A stretch of 64,000 nt of DNA from Minisyncoccia bacterium (GTDB taxonomy: Bacteria > Patescibacteriota > Minisyncoccia > Phycocordibacterales > CAIZLB01), in contig JBGSHK010000008.1 in assembly GCA_041752275.1 (NCBI GenBank), positions 70,543-134,542 on the forward strand, written 5' to 3'. Shown piece by piece: positions 48,274-58,026 of this stretch; the first letter of the stretch is position 1, and each line of letters starts with the position of its first letter. The translations under genes and the position numbers were made by a program. Below the pieces are notes generated by a model, which worked only from the letters and a program-made list of their open reading frames with translations, made no database searches and was not told where the DNA came from.

Positions 48274-49566
48274 ATGACATTAAAATTCGACCCCTACTTA
48301 TTTGAACAAAAAACCATAGACGGAGTTACTGTGCTCTATAAAAAAATAGATACAGCTCCGTGTATACATATAAGACTTGTTTTTGATTTTGGTGCTTTTA
48401 GTGACCTTGAAGGGAAAGAAGGTGTTGCGCACTTTTTAGAACATATGCTACTTAAAGGTTGTGACACATATCCAACAAAAAAAGATGTTAAACAGTTTGG
48501 TAAAAAATACATGTTAAACACTTTAAATGCGGCTACAGGTTTTTTCTCTATGTGGTTAAACGGTAAAACTTTACCAGAAAATTATGAAAAAGTTATAGAG
48601 GGGATGTTTGATATGATATTAACCTCAAAAATAACTCAAAAAGATTTTGATGAAGAAAAACCAGTGATTATAGAAGAAGCTTGGGGAAGGTACAAAAATG
48701 ATAAATATTTAAATTATGTAAAAGAGTTGATAAATAATAATGACACTATACCTGATAGAAAACGTATATCTTCACCTTTAGGTTGGCCTGAAACTATAGA
48801 AAAGTTTACAAGACAAGATATAGTGGATTGTTACAAAAAAAATATAATCAAAGAAAATTTTTCTATTGTAATAGTTGGAAATATAGATGACACACATATA
48901 GATATTTTGGAACAATATATAAAGCAGTTAAAGTCCGGTCAAAAAAACAAAGAGGTGTATATACCAGAATCTTTATTGCCTGACAAAGTTAAACTATTTA
49001 GAAATAAAAGAGTTGATATAGGTTTAGCAGATAAAAATCAAGTTTATTTGGAATACTGTATAAATTTTCCAAGAATAATAAATGATATAAATGCAGATAA
49101 TAAAAACTCTGCAATTGCTCAGGTTTTTAGAGGATTACTACAAGAAGTTTTACATGAAAGATTTAGAATAGACAACAGTTGGTGCTACAGTATCTCAGCA
49201 AGTTTATCCATGCAAAAAGATCTATCGTATCTGTATATATACTCTGATATAAACAAAGATAAAGAGACAGAAGGTTTAAAAATGCTTAATGAAATACTTG
49301 AGGATTTTAAAACAGATAAATATGCTGACAGATTTGAGGATTCAAAGAAAATGCAAATGGACCAGACGGTTTCTGCAGAAAGATTGTCTTTGGACATAGC
49401 AGATGCTGCTTTATGGGATTATGCTAAGCATGGAAAGGTGTACTCTTTGGCTGAGATGTTGCCGTATGTAGAGGCGGTTACATATGATGATATTAAGAAA
49501 TTTGCGGTAGAAAATTTTGTTGAGGAGAGAATTTTTGTTGAGGTGTTGTTGCCGAGTGGGGAATAG
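48274..49566 (+). CDS. M16 family zinc peptidase
   Basis: GVAHFLEHMLLKG inverted zincin motif, NAATG. Confidence 0.9.
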   Translation: MTLKFDPYLFEQKTIDGVTVLYKKIDTAPCIHIRLVFDFGAFSDLEGKEGVAHFLEHMLLKGCDTYPTKKDVKQFGKKYMLNTLNAATGFFSMWLNGKTLPENYEKVIEGMFDMILTSKITQKDFDEEKPVIIEEAWGRYKNDKYLNYVKELINNNDTIPDRKRISSPLGWPETIEKFTRQDIVDCYKKNIIKENFSIVIVGNIDDTHIDILEQYIKQLKSGQKNKEVYIPESLLPDKVKLFRNKRVDIGLADKNQVYLEYCINFPRIINDINADNKNSAIAQVFRGLLQEVLHERFRIDNSWCYSISASLSMQKDLSYLYIYSDINKDKETEGLKMLNEILEDFKTDKYADRFEDSKKMQMDQTVSAERLSLDIADAALWDYAKHGKVYSLAEMLPYVEAVTYDDIKKFAVENFVEERIFVEVLLPSGE

Positions 49567-49624
49567 TAAGTAGGTGCTACAGATATTGTATTGTTGTGGT
49601 ATAATCATTATATGAGATATATAT

Positions 49625-49951
49625 ATGAAAAAAATAGAGTTTACAGATAATCAAAAAGAGGTTGTGAAAAAATTTGATTTAGATATCAAAGAATGTCTTT
49701 TTTTGTTGAAAAAAAACCAAGAAGAAGCTAGAGATTTTTTTAATTCGGAAATATATTTTAAATATAAGGATTATATATTTAATAGTGATGGATTTATGAG
49801 TAAATTTCAATTATCAATAATTGAAATGGATGAATATTTTAATAATGAAGGTGCAAAAGTTGCAATGTTGTATAGCACTGAAAAAAATTTTATTCTAAAT
49901 ATAGATAAAGAAGAAGAATATGTGTCTGCTATAAAAGAGTTTTTTGAATGA
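49625..49951 (+). CDS. Hypothetical protein
   Basis: 108-aa ORF preceded by TGgTATAAT. Confidence 0.55.
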   Translation: MKKIEFTDNQKEVVKKFDLDIKECLFLLKKNQEEARDFFNSEIYFKYKDYIFNSDGFMSKFQLSIIEMDEYFNNEGAKVAMLYSTEKNFILNIDKEEEYVSAIKEFFE

Positions 49952-50269
49952 GATATATTATTAAAATATACCACCGCAAGCAATGGTATATGTGAGTTTT
50001 TTAGATGTAATTTAAATTACGATTTATTTTTTTTATTGTAGCTTCTGTCGGAAGAGTTATCTCCGCCACGATATTCCTTATATTCTCCATAAGATTATCC
50101 TCTCAACAACTAGAGCAACTTTTTCGTCAGTGTCAATTATTATTGCCTTACCAGTTAATCTATCAACATAATCGACATCTAGACTTAATTTTAACAAATA
50201 ATTTCTCAGTCTTTACTTATTAATTAGATATTTTTTATTTTTTTATGCTAGAATAACATTAAATAACTT

Positions 50270-51532
50270 ATGAAAGAAATAATCACACATTCACCAATTC
50301 AGGTCAGACCAATGGAGAATATTACCCATGAAAGATTACTTAGCTTACTTTCGGCTGAATCAGCTAATAATCTTTTAGAAGCACTCACGGAACAAGACAG
50401 AACACGTTTAGATGTGTGGAATACTTATCTTAAAAATGAGACTTTCGATGATCTATCTGAAGAGGGTAGAGATAAATTAATAACAGAATTAATTGACACC
50501 CGATACTCAATACTTGCAGATAATTATGATATTAAAATTGATAAAAGATTAGTTTTAAGAGACGATAAAGAAAACTACATTCATACATTAAAAGAAATAA
50601 TCTCTAGATTGTTTGACGAAAAAGTTTTAATAGTTAAACCTGAAAATTTTCATATATGTAAAAATTGTTCTTTTATTATTGCACCCAAAGATGCGAAAAT
50701 AACCGCCTGTCCCGACTGTTCATCTACAGATTTAAGCACAGTAGAAAAGAACGGAATGTTTTTAAATGTTGATACAGGTAAAATGTCTGAATTTGAAACC
50801 AGAGGGTTTGATGTGCTATCTGCAGAAGGGAGAAATAGAGTTAAATCTGCTATGTTGATGATGCCACTTGTAGTTAGTGTTGCAAAACATAGAGAACATG
50901 GTGTTTCTTTAGAAGAATTTGGTGTTAGTCCAGAATTTAAACTAGACCCAAAGATTTCTATAGCACTATCTGGAGCAGTTGCCAGAGAGGCGGGGATTGG
51001 AGAAGTCGGAATTTCTATACAAGGTATTGATTCATTAAAAAACAATGTTCCCTTTACTCTTTTATTAGACCCTGATACACAAACTAAATTTCTTAATATA
51101 GGAATGGTCCCTACTTTTTCAACCCCTGAATTAGAAAAATATAGCTCTTTATTTTATTTTCCTTTTTTAGCTTTGGTAATTGCCGGTAAATCAAAAAAAA
51201 TGAGTAGTGATGAAATTCAATTACAGTTAAAGCAATTTGAAAAAACAAGGACAAAGCTATCATCCTGTGTAGAGGCGCTGAGAAAAACAACAGAGACCTA
51301 TGCTGCAGGAAATATAAGTCTTACAAAAGATGAAATGAATAGACTTTCAGATACTCTTAAAGATGATTTAAAAGATGGTAAATTTAAACACGCTGTTGAA
51401 GCCATGCATAGTTTTATTTTTGATTGGCTTTCTCGTGTATATATAAATCAATGTAAAGATTCTGGGTCTAGAGCAGATCCTGAACTGCTTCAATACATAG
51501 AAAAGATTCTTTCGCCAATTTTTAAAAAATAG
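50270..51532 (+). CDS. Degenerate class Ia aminoacyl-tRNA synthetase-like protein
   Basis: CKNC..CPDC knuckle, SVAKHREHG, QGIDS, and a C-terminal helical domain (FKHAVEAMHSFIFDWLSRVYINQCK...KILSPI) like Val/Ile/Met-RS; HIGH and KMSKS not canonical. Confidence 0.5.
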   Translation: MKEIITHSPIQVRPMENITHERLLSLLSAESANNLLEALTEQDRTRLDVWNTYLKNETFDDLSEEGRDKLITELIDTRYSILADNYDIKIDKRLVLRDDKENYIHTLKEIISRLFDEKVLIVKPENFHICKNCSFIIAPKDAKITACPDCSSTDLSTVEKNGMFLNVDTGKMSEFETRGFDVLSAEGRNRVKSAMLMMPLVVSVAKHREHGVSLEEFGVSPEFKLDPKISIALSGAVAREAGIGEVGISIQGIDSLKNNVPFTLLLDPDTQTKFLNIGMVPTFSTPELEKYSSLFYFPFLALVIAGKSKKMSSDEIQLQLKQFEKTRTKLSSCVEALRKTTETYAAGNISLTKDEMNRLSDTLKDDLKDGKFKHAVEAMHSFIFDWLSRVYINQCKDSGSRADPELLQYIEKILSPIFKK

Positions 51533-51542
51533 TAAAGTTATT

Positions 51543-52292
51543 TTAAACAGATTTTTTTAAATATTCTAAATCTTCCGGTGTGTTAATGGTTAATATCTCA
51601 TCTTTGTCAACGATTTCAAAAGAAACATTTTTGAATTGATTGATTGCTACTTCAATTATCCTGCTAACTGCATATTCACCATTTGGCAGTTGTGGTATCA
51701 AATGTTTATTGTTCTCAAAATAATATTTATTTAAACAAATTATTCCTGTACCAGATAAGTGTCCATATTCACCAATTTCTTCTTTATTTACAGGTCTGAC
51801 ACCTAAAACTCTTTTTTTATCTGTTAGATATCCAACCTTATGTAACCCTTCATTAAACTCTCTTGTTAAAAGTAAACTAACCATAGCTTTTGTGCTTGTG
51901 TGTGTTTTAATTAACCTCTCTAATGTTTGAGGTTTAAGAAACCAGCCATTATCAGCAGGTAAAACTAAAACTAGATCAGTATTATTTGAAATTTTATTCA
52001 TTCCTGAAACAACAGCACCTAAAGTACCGTCTAAAATTTCCTGTATGGCAAATAAAATATTTGACAAATGATTTAAATTTTTTTTTACATGGTCTTCAAC
52101 ATCTTTAGATTTATAACCAATTACAATTATAATATTTTCAATTTTTAATTTGCTTACCGTATTAATAATTTTAACTAGAATAGATTGATTCTTAATTGTT
52201 GTAAGTGGTTTAGGAATTTGCCCACCCAATCTAGTACCTTTTCCTGCGGCCATTATTATTACAGATGTTTTTTTATCATTAATCATAGACAT
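51543..52292 (-). CDS. Sugar-phosphate nucleotidyltransferase (GlmU N-terminal/NTP_transf-like)
   Basis: IIMAAGKGTRL..PKPL, QEILDGT.GAV, GEY, INTPEDL. Confidence 0.85.
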   Translation of the reverse strand: MSMINDKKTSVIIMAAGKGTRLGGQIPKPLTTIKNQSILVKIINTVSKLKIENIIIVIGYKSKDVEDHVKKNLNHLSNILFAIQEILDGTLGAVVSGMNKISNNTDLVLVLPADNGWFLKPQTLERLIKTHTSTKAMVSLLLTREFNEGLHKVGYLTDKKRVLGVRPVNKEEIGEYGHLSGTGIICLNKYYFENNKHLIPQLPNGEYAVSRIIEVAINQFKNVSFEIVDKDEILTINTPEDLEYLKKSV

Positions 52293-54555
52293 TATTCAAT
52301 AATACAGAAATATTTCTATTTAATAAAGTTGCAATTTCTTCTATCTTTGATTCTTTTGATGATTTTTCTAAATTGTTAATTATCTTAGAATACAAGTTTA
52401 ACATATCAAAAATTGCCATAATAATCGACTCTTTTGCAACTTCTTTATTGTAAATTTTCTCAACTTTTTTAATAATAAAATCTAATTCTTTATTTAAAAT
52501 ATTTGAATTTACTAAAATGATTCTTGATAAGAATTTTCCAATATCACAGCTATGTTTTCCTAATGCAAGCATTGGGTCAAGAAGGGTAAATTTATTTTCC
52601 AATTTAGAATAAATTATATTTTCAGGTTTAAAGTCACCAAAAATAATATCACACTTATTAAGTAGTTCAGGTTTTTCTTCTAGAATAGAATTTAGTTTAT
52701 TAATAATTTCTTTTAATTTATTTACTTCATCAGTATTACTTAAACCTAAATAATTTGGTAGGGATAATAATTTAAAATTTCTGGCACAATGATAATTTAA
52801 ATCATCAGTCTCAATTAATAAATTAGAGTCTACAGGGATATTTGTCAACAAATGGTGGGTATTTTTAAGTACGTCTAGAGTCTCAGAAACCATAGATATT
52901 GTTTCTGGGTTATATGATTTTATAATATTATCTAAGACTTCACCCTCAACTTGATCCATAAGTATCGCTGTACCATCTTCAATTAACTTAATATTTTTTG
53001 GTACATTAACACCGATTTTTGAAAGTTCAAAAAGCTGACTAGCATGTGTATTTATTCTTTTAATATCTCTAACCTGTTCTTTGGAGTCACTAAAATACAT
53101 TTTAAGTATCTTTCGGGTCACGTTCGACAATACAACTTTACTTTTTTCAGGAGTACCTATTCTGAATACTTTATCACTTAAATCGAGACCATACTGACCG
53201 TAATTTATATTAAGAATTTTCTCTTCCTCTTTGAGGATAATTTCCATTGTGTTTAAAATCACCAACCATTCCTGATCAATTATTTTTTCTTGACCACCAT
53301 TTAATATTTTTCTTGATAATTCTAACGCTTTTATTATTTCCTTGTCTTTTGATTTATCTAACCACCGATCCAGATCATTCATATCTATATTATTAATATT
53401 CCTAATATGTAAAAGATAGAAAACCGATATAGAAAATAATTTTGCAAATCTTCTCATCTGCTCATCTGAATTATTTAATCTTGAAATCTTCTTTTCACAT
53501 TCTCTGTAGTTTATTAAACTAGCCCTGTAACAATCATACTTAATATCTTGCACACTAACATCAATTTTAATTTTCTTTTTATCTATTGAAAAGAAGTGTT
53601 GATTTACTCCATGTGCTAAAATTGGACCTCGATTGAATCTCGAGATTTTTTCACTTAGTAAATCACTTAAATTATTAATACTTAAATCTAATTTAGTATC
53701 AAATTGTTCCTTAAACCTAAGTTGTAAATCACTTAATTCGGAAAAATGTGCTAGATACCCATCTGATAGAATATATAAATCGATATCGGAACAACCATTC
53801 TTAAAGAAGTGTGTGATTTGTGAACTACCCCAGATAAACATGTAAGTATCACTACCTAGAAGACCTATAACTCGCTCTCTCGCTATAAAACTTAAAAGAA
53901 CATTTCTAATAGGATTAGAATAATAAGTATCGATTCTGTGATCACCTTCATTCATTTCAATTGAAAATATAACACCTTGCCCATACAGATCTTTGTATTC
54001 CTGAATAGATTTAGACAGTTTAGATACATCAAGAGCACTATCATTTTTGGAATAAAATAAACTAATCGGCAAACCTGTTTTAACTAGTACATCTAAACCA
54101 TCAAAACAGTATCTCGGTTTCATTAGATCTTGGAGTTCAAAGTTCATTGATTCAGCGGGTTTGCAATTTCCTTCAGACACTAAAAATTTTATTGAATCAT
54201 TAAAGTCTTCATGAATCCAATCTGAACCAAGTCCAAAAACTGGGGAGAATAAGCTTACTCCTTTTAAATACTTATACTTAGATAAATCAATTTTTTGTAT
54301 AATTAAAGACGAGAACGAATAAGCTATTATAACAAATGACTTTTCAGAACTTTCTAGACTCTGTAGTAATAGTTCGATATTTTTGACTGTGTTTGTGACT
54401 GAAAATTCACCAATCTCTTCATATAGTCCAGGATGTCGGTATTCGTGAACAGTAAGACCTTTACCTCTAAGATCTGTCATGAATAAAAAATCTTTTTTTC
54501 TACCAGGAACACCTGGCAAGAAAACATATTCCACAGTCTCATTGTTTTTTTTCAT
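52279..54555 (-). CDS. Fusion protein: alpha/beta hydrolase + Pol-beta-type nucleotidyltransferase + APH/choline-kinase-like domain
   Basis: FLPGVPG/AYSFS/GDH; IWGSS..SDIDL; LMDQVEG, FGDFKPENII, LLDP, DIGKF; start placed at ATG 54555. Confidence 0.7.
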   Translation of the reverse strand: MKKNNETVEYVFLPGVPGRKKDFLFMTDLRGKGLTVHEYRHPGLYEEIGEFSVTNTVKNIELLLQSLESSEKSFVIIAYSFSSLIIQKIDLSKYKYLKGVSLFSPVFGLGSDWIHEDFNDSIKFLVSEGNCKPAESMNFELQDLMKPRYCFDGLDVLVKTGLPISLFYSKNDSALDVSKLSKSIQEYKDLYGQGVIFSIEMNEGDHRIDTYYSNPIRNVLLSFIARERVIGLLGSDTYMFIWGSSQITHFFKNGCSDIDLYILSDGYLAHFSELSDLQLRFKEQFDTKLDLSINNLSDLLSEKISRFNRGPILAHGVNQHFFSIDKKKIKIDVSVQDIKYDCYRASLINYRECEKKISRLNNSDEQMRRFAKLFSISVFYLLHIRNINNIDMNDLDRWLDKSKDKEIIKALELSRKILNGGQEKIIDQEWLVILNTMEIILKEEEKILNINYGQYGLDLSDKVFRIGTPEKSKVVLSNVTRKILKMYFSDSKEQVRDIKRINTHASQLFELSKIGVNVPKNIKLIEDGTAILMDQVEGEVLDNIIKSYNPETISMVSETLDVLKNTHHLLTNIPVDSNLLIETDDLNYHCARNFKLLSLPNYLGLSNTDEVNKLKEIINKLNSILEEKPELLNKCDIIFGDFKPENIIYSKLENKFTLLDPMLALGKHSCDIGKFLSRIILVNSNILNKELDFIIKKVEKIYNKEVAKESIIMAIFDMLNLYSKIINNLEKSSKESKIEEIATLLNRNISVLLNNVYD

Positions 54556-54639
54556 ATTTGAATATATTCTACTACGAAAATTACTACTTAGCAACTCAGG
54601 GTGTTTTACATACTTTGTTCTGGGTGATAAAATAATCCA

Positions 54640-55266
54640 ATGAATAAAGTTATTTTAATCAGACACGCTGAAAGCGAAAGTAATATAGGTATAGTATTTA
54701 GACATCAAAATATTATAAAAATAACTGAAAATGGTATTAAACAAGCAAATGATTTGCTTGAGATACTTGATAAGCCAGATAAAATTATCTGTTCTAAGTA
54801 TTTACGAACTATCGAAACAGCAGAGCCTATGATGTTAAAGTTTCCAGAAGTAGAAACGCATATTTGGATAGACATACATGAGTTTAAACCTGTAAATACA
54901 GACAAACATGTTGGAATAACAAGAGAAATAAGAGATAGTTTTGCAAAAGAGTATTGGGATAAAATAGATCCTATCTACTGTGACGGTGGAGATGCTGAAA
55001 GTTTTAAAGACTTTGTAAACAGAGCTAATCAATCAATTATAAAAATGAAAAATCTCAAGGGAGTTAATTATATTTTTTCACATGAAAACTTTATTCGCTG
55101 TGTTTTGATTTTATTAAATGAATTTAAAGAATTTAATAATGAAGAAAAAACAAAAGATTTATATGAACGTATAATGAAAAAATTCACTGAATCATATAAG
55201 ACAAGTGAACCATCTATTAAAAATACTGATGTTTTTGATGTGTCTGGTTTACTTATAGAGTATTAA
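54640..55266 (+). CDS. Histidine phosphatase family protein
   Basis: LIRHAES, S.YLRTIETA, GDAESF, FSH. Confidence 0.9.
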   Translation: MNKVILIRHAESESNIGIVFRHQNIIKITENGIKQANDLLEILDKPDKIICSKYLRTIETAEPMMLKFPEVETHIWIDIHEFKPVNTDKHVGITREIRDSFAKEYWDKIDPIYCDGGDAESFKDFVNRANQSIIKMKNLKGVNYIFSHENFIRCVLILLNEFKEFNNEEKTKDLYERIMKKFTESYKTSEPSIKNTDVFDVSGLLIEY

Positions 55267-55348
55267 ACGTTTTATTTTTTTGTAGTAATATATTATATTC
55301 TAAATCAAAATACCACCCCATCAAATTTTATGCTAAAATAAACCCATT

Positions 55349-56392
55349 ATGTTCACAGACTTACTTTCACTTATATTTAACAGAAACCTATCGACAAGAA
55401 AAATAGAATTTGCTTTTATAGTCCACCCCAGAAACACATATGACATTTTTCGTAAATACAAATTACTAAAAATATTTCCCAAAAAGGTTGTTGATTTATT
55501 TCTACTAATAATGTGGCCGACATACGGGGGAAGTATAAAAATTGATCAAGGTGAAAAAGGTACTAAGTGGGGAGCAATTATAATAAGTCCTTTGACAGGT
55601 AAACAGATGTTAAGATACAGAAAACTAGCTGCAAACACTGTGTTTATGGCTAGTAAGCTGGCTAAAATATATGGTTCAAAAGTTATAGGATTAGGTGCAC
55701 TTACGTCAGTTGTCACAGACGGGGGAATATATGTGAGTGATAAACTAAAAGGTTTACATTTTACATCAGGTAACGGCTTAACTGCAGCAACAACATCAAA
55801 CGATATTTTAAGAATAATAAAAGATAAAAATATTACAGGACCGATATCTGTTATTGGTGCCACTGGATCAATAGGAAAGGGTATAACAAAAGTTTTGGAT
55901 GAAGGTTGTAAAAATGATTTGATATTAATCGGAAAAAATAAAGAAAGAACAATTGGTCTGGCTCATGAGTTGTCAAGAAATAATGTTATTTGTACAACTG
56001 ACATAGAAGAAAATAACAAAGCTGAAATAGTTATTGTTACAACAAGTGCAAATGGAGCAATAATTGATCATCATTTATTAAAAAATGCTAAAATAATATA
56101 TGATATAACTCAGCCAAAAAATACTCCTGATCACATAATGGAAGGTGATGCTATATCATATATAGATGGTGGCTTAATACAGTTACCTGAAAATATCAGA
56201 ATAGGTATGGACATAAGTTTACCAAAAGGAATTGCTTTTTCTTGTCTTTCTGAAACCCTGCTTATAGCCATATCAGAAAAATATTACCTAAAATCAGAAA
56301 AAGATTTAAAAATTGAAAACATTAAAGAATTGTCTAAATTAGCAATGGAAAATAATTTTAATTCTTATTTAATCCAAAATGGAAATAAATAA
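55349..56392 (+). CDS. Long-chain acyl-ACP/CoA reductase-like NAD(P)-dependent enzyme (COG5322-like)
   Basis: FAFIVHP, GLGALTS, TSGNGLT, VIGATGSIG, DITQP, DGG, AFSCLSET (Cys in the position of the cyanobacterial AAR FACFAE motif). Confidence 0.75.
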   Translation: MFTDLLSLIFNRNLSTRKIEFAFIVHPRNTYDIFRKYKLLKIFPKKVVDLFLLIMWPTYGGSIKIDQGEKGTKWGAIIISPLTGKQMLRYRKLAANTVFMASKLAKIYGSKVIGLGALTSVVTDGGIYVSDKLKGLHFTSGNGLTAATTSNDILRIIKDKNITGPISVIGATGSIGKGITKVLDEGCKNDLILIGKNKERTIGLAHELSRNNVICTTDIEENNKAEIVIVTTSANGAIIDHHLLKNAKIIYDITQPKNTPDHIMEGDAISYIDGGLIQLPENIRIGMDISLPKGIAFSCLSETLLIAISEKYYLKSEKDLKIENIKELSKLAMENNFNSYLIQNGNK

Positions 56393-58025
56393 TTTTTTTA
56401 CATTTGAAAACATAGTTTTAGCTTCAACTGCTTTAGTAAATTTTATATTATTTATTATAATATTTGTTAGAAGAAACAAAAGCAAAAACACTTATTTTTT
56501 TTTAGGTTTTATACTTTCTGTTATGGGTTGGGTTTTAGGAGTTTTATTTTTTAGAGTTTTAGAAGGTAAGTATTTATTACTAGTAACAAGGTTTGTTTAC
56601 TTTGCTGCAACACTTATACCTTTTTTTATAATTTTATTTACCCAAACTTTTCCTAAAAGAGATTTAGGTTTTTCAAAAAAGAAAACTATTATATTTTTAA
56701 CATTTCCCATACTATTTTTAATTCTAACATCTATACCTGGGGCTATTATCAAAGATATCAATGAAATAAATGGATATAAATCAATTATTTTTGGACCATT
56801 TTATTATTTATATTTTGTATACATAATAACTTATTTTTTGATTGGAATAATTTTGATGATAAAAAATTATTTTAAACTAAAAGGTATTGAAAGAAATCAG
56901 ATTGAAATTATATTCTTAAGTATACTAGTTTCTTCTTTCGTGGGTATGTCAACCAACTTAATTATGCCTGCATTTAATAATTTTTCTCTTTTTTGGGTTG
57001 GGCCATTTTTTAGTGGATATATGGTTTTAACAATAGGTTATGCCATGATCAAATATGGCCTGTTTAATATAAAACTTATAGCCACAGAGTTTGCAGCCCT
57101 GTCTACTTGGGTATTAATGTTTGTTAAATTGATGTTAGATGAAAGTCTAACAGATAAACTTATAGATGGTGTAGTTTTGATAATTTTAATTATAAGTGGT
57201 TTATATGTTATAAGAAGTGTTATGAAGGAAATAGAGCTTCGTGAAAAAGATGATCAACTTGTAAGTGATATGGCCGGATTGAATCAAACTCTTGAAAAAA
57301 CAAATGTAAAACTCCAAGAACTCGACCAAAAAAAGTCCGAGTTCATGTCACTTGCCACCCATCAACTCCGCGCACCCTTAACCGCCATGCGTGGATACTA
57401 CTCCATGATACAAGATGGAACTTTTGGTAAGATCAACAACCCTGAACTAGAAGATGTCATCGGTAAAATTTCACGCTCAACTACAGACCTAACCATGATA
57501 GTGGAGGACTATCTTAACATCTCACGTATAGAGCAAGGTAAAATGCAATACAATTTTGTAAGTATAGACGTTGCAGAAATAGTGCAGGATGTTGTGAAAG
57601 AGGTAACTCCAACTGTTGCACATGCGGGACTCAAACTAAATTTGGAATATGATCAAAAACAAAAATATATTGTAACTGTAGATAAAGGAAAAATTAAACA
57701 AGTTATATTTAACATAATAGATAACTCTATAAAATACACACCAAAGGGGAGTGTGGACATTTCTATCAAGAAAACAGATAGTGATAAAAAAGTTGTTATA
57801 TCCATTAAAGACACAGGTGTTGGCATAAAACCAACTGTATTACCTCAATTATTTCAAAAATTTACCCGAGCACCGGATGCATCTGAAACAAATATACTTG
57901 GTACAGGACTTGGTTTATATGTTGCAGATCAAATACTGAAGGCACATCATGGTCGAGCATGGGCCGAGTCAGAAGGTCAAGGGAAAGGGTCTCAATTTTA
58001 TATAGAATTAAACTTATTAAAATAA
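56379..58025 (+). CDS. Sensor histidine kinase with HisKA_7TM-like membrane domain
   Basis: About 9 TMs ending YAMIKYGLF; ATHQLRAPLT, NIIDNSIKYT, DTGVGI, GTGLGL. Confidence 0.92.
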   Translation: MEINNFFTFENIVLASTALVNFILFIIIFVRRNKSKNTYFFLGFILSVMGWVLGVLFFRVLEGKYLLLVTRFVYFAATLIPFFIILFTQTFPKRDLGFSKKKTIIFLTFPILFLILTSIPGAIIKDINEINGYKSIIFGPFYYLYFVYIITYFLIGIILMIKNYFKLKGIERNQIEIIFLSILVSSFVGMSTNLIMPAFNNFSLFWVGPFFSGYMVLTIGYAMIKYGLFNIKLIATEFAALSTWVLMFVKLMLDESLTDKLIDGVVLIILIISGLYVIRSVMKEIELREKDDQLVSDMAGLNQTLEKTNVKLQELDQKKSEFMSLATHQLRAPLTAMRGYYSMIQDGTFGKINNPELEDVIGKISRSTTDLTMIVEDYLNISRIEQGKMQYNFVSIDVAEIVQDVVKEVTPTVAHAGLKLNLEYDQKQKYIVTVDKGKIKQVIFNIIDNSIKYTPKGSVDISIKKTDSDKKVVISIKDTGVGIKPTVLPQLFQKFTRAPDASETNILGTGLGLYVADQILKAHHGRAWAESEGQGKGSQFYIELNLLK

Positions 58026-58026
58026 T

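Noticed and set aside
49985-50200. Possible minus-strand gene remnant (LDVDYVDRLTGKAIIIDTDEKVALVVER...)
   Set aside because: Short, broken frames with no family I can recognise; not enough to call a pseudogene
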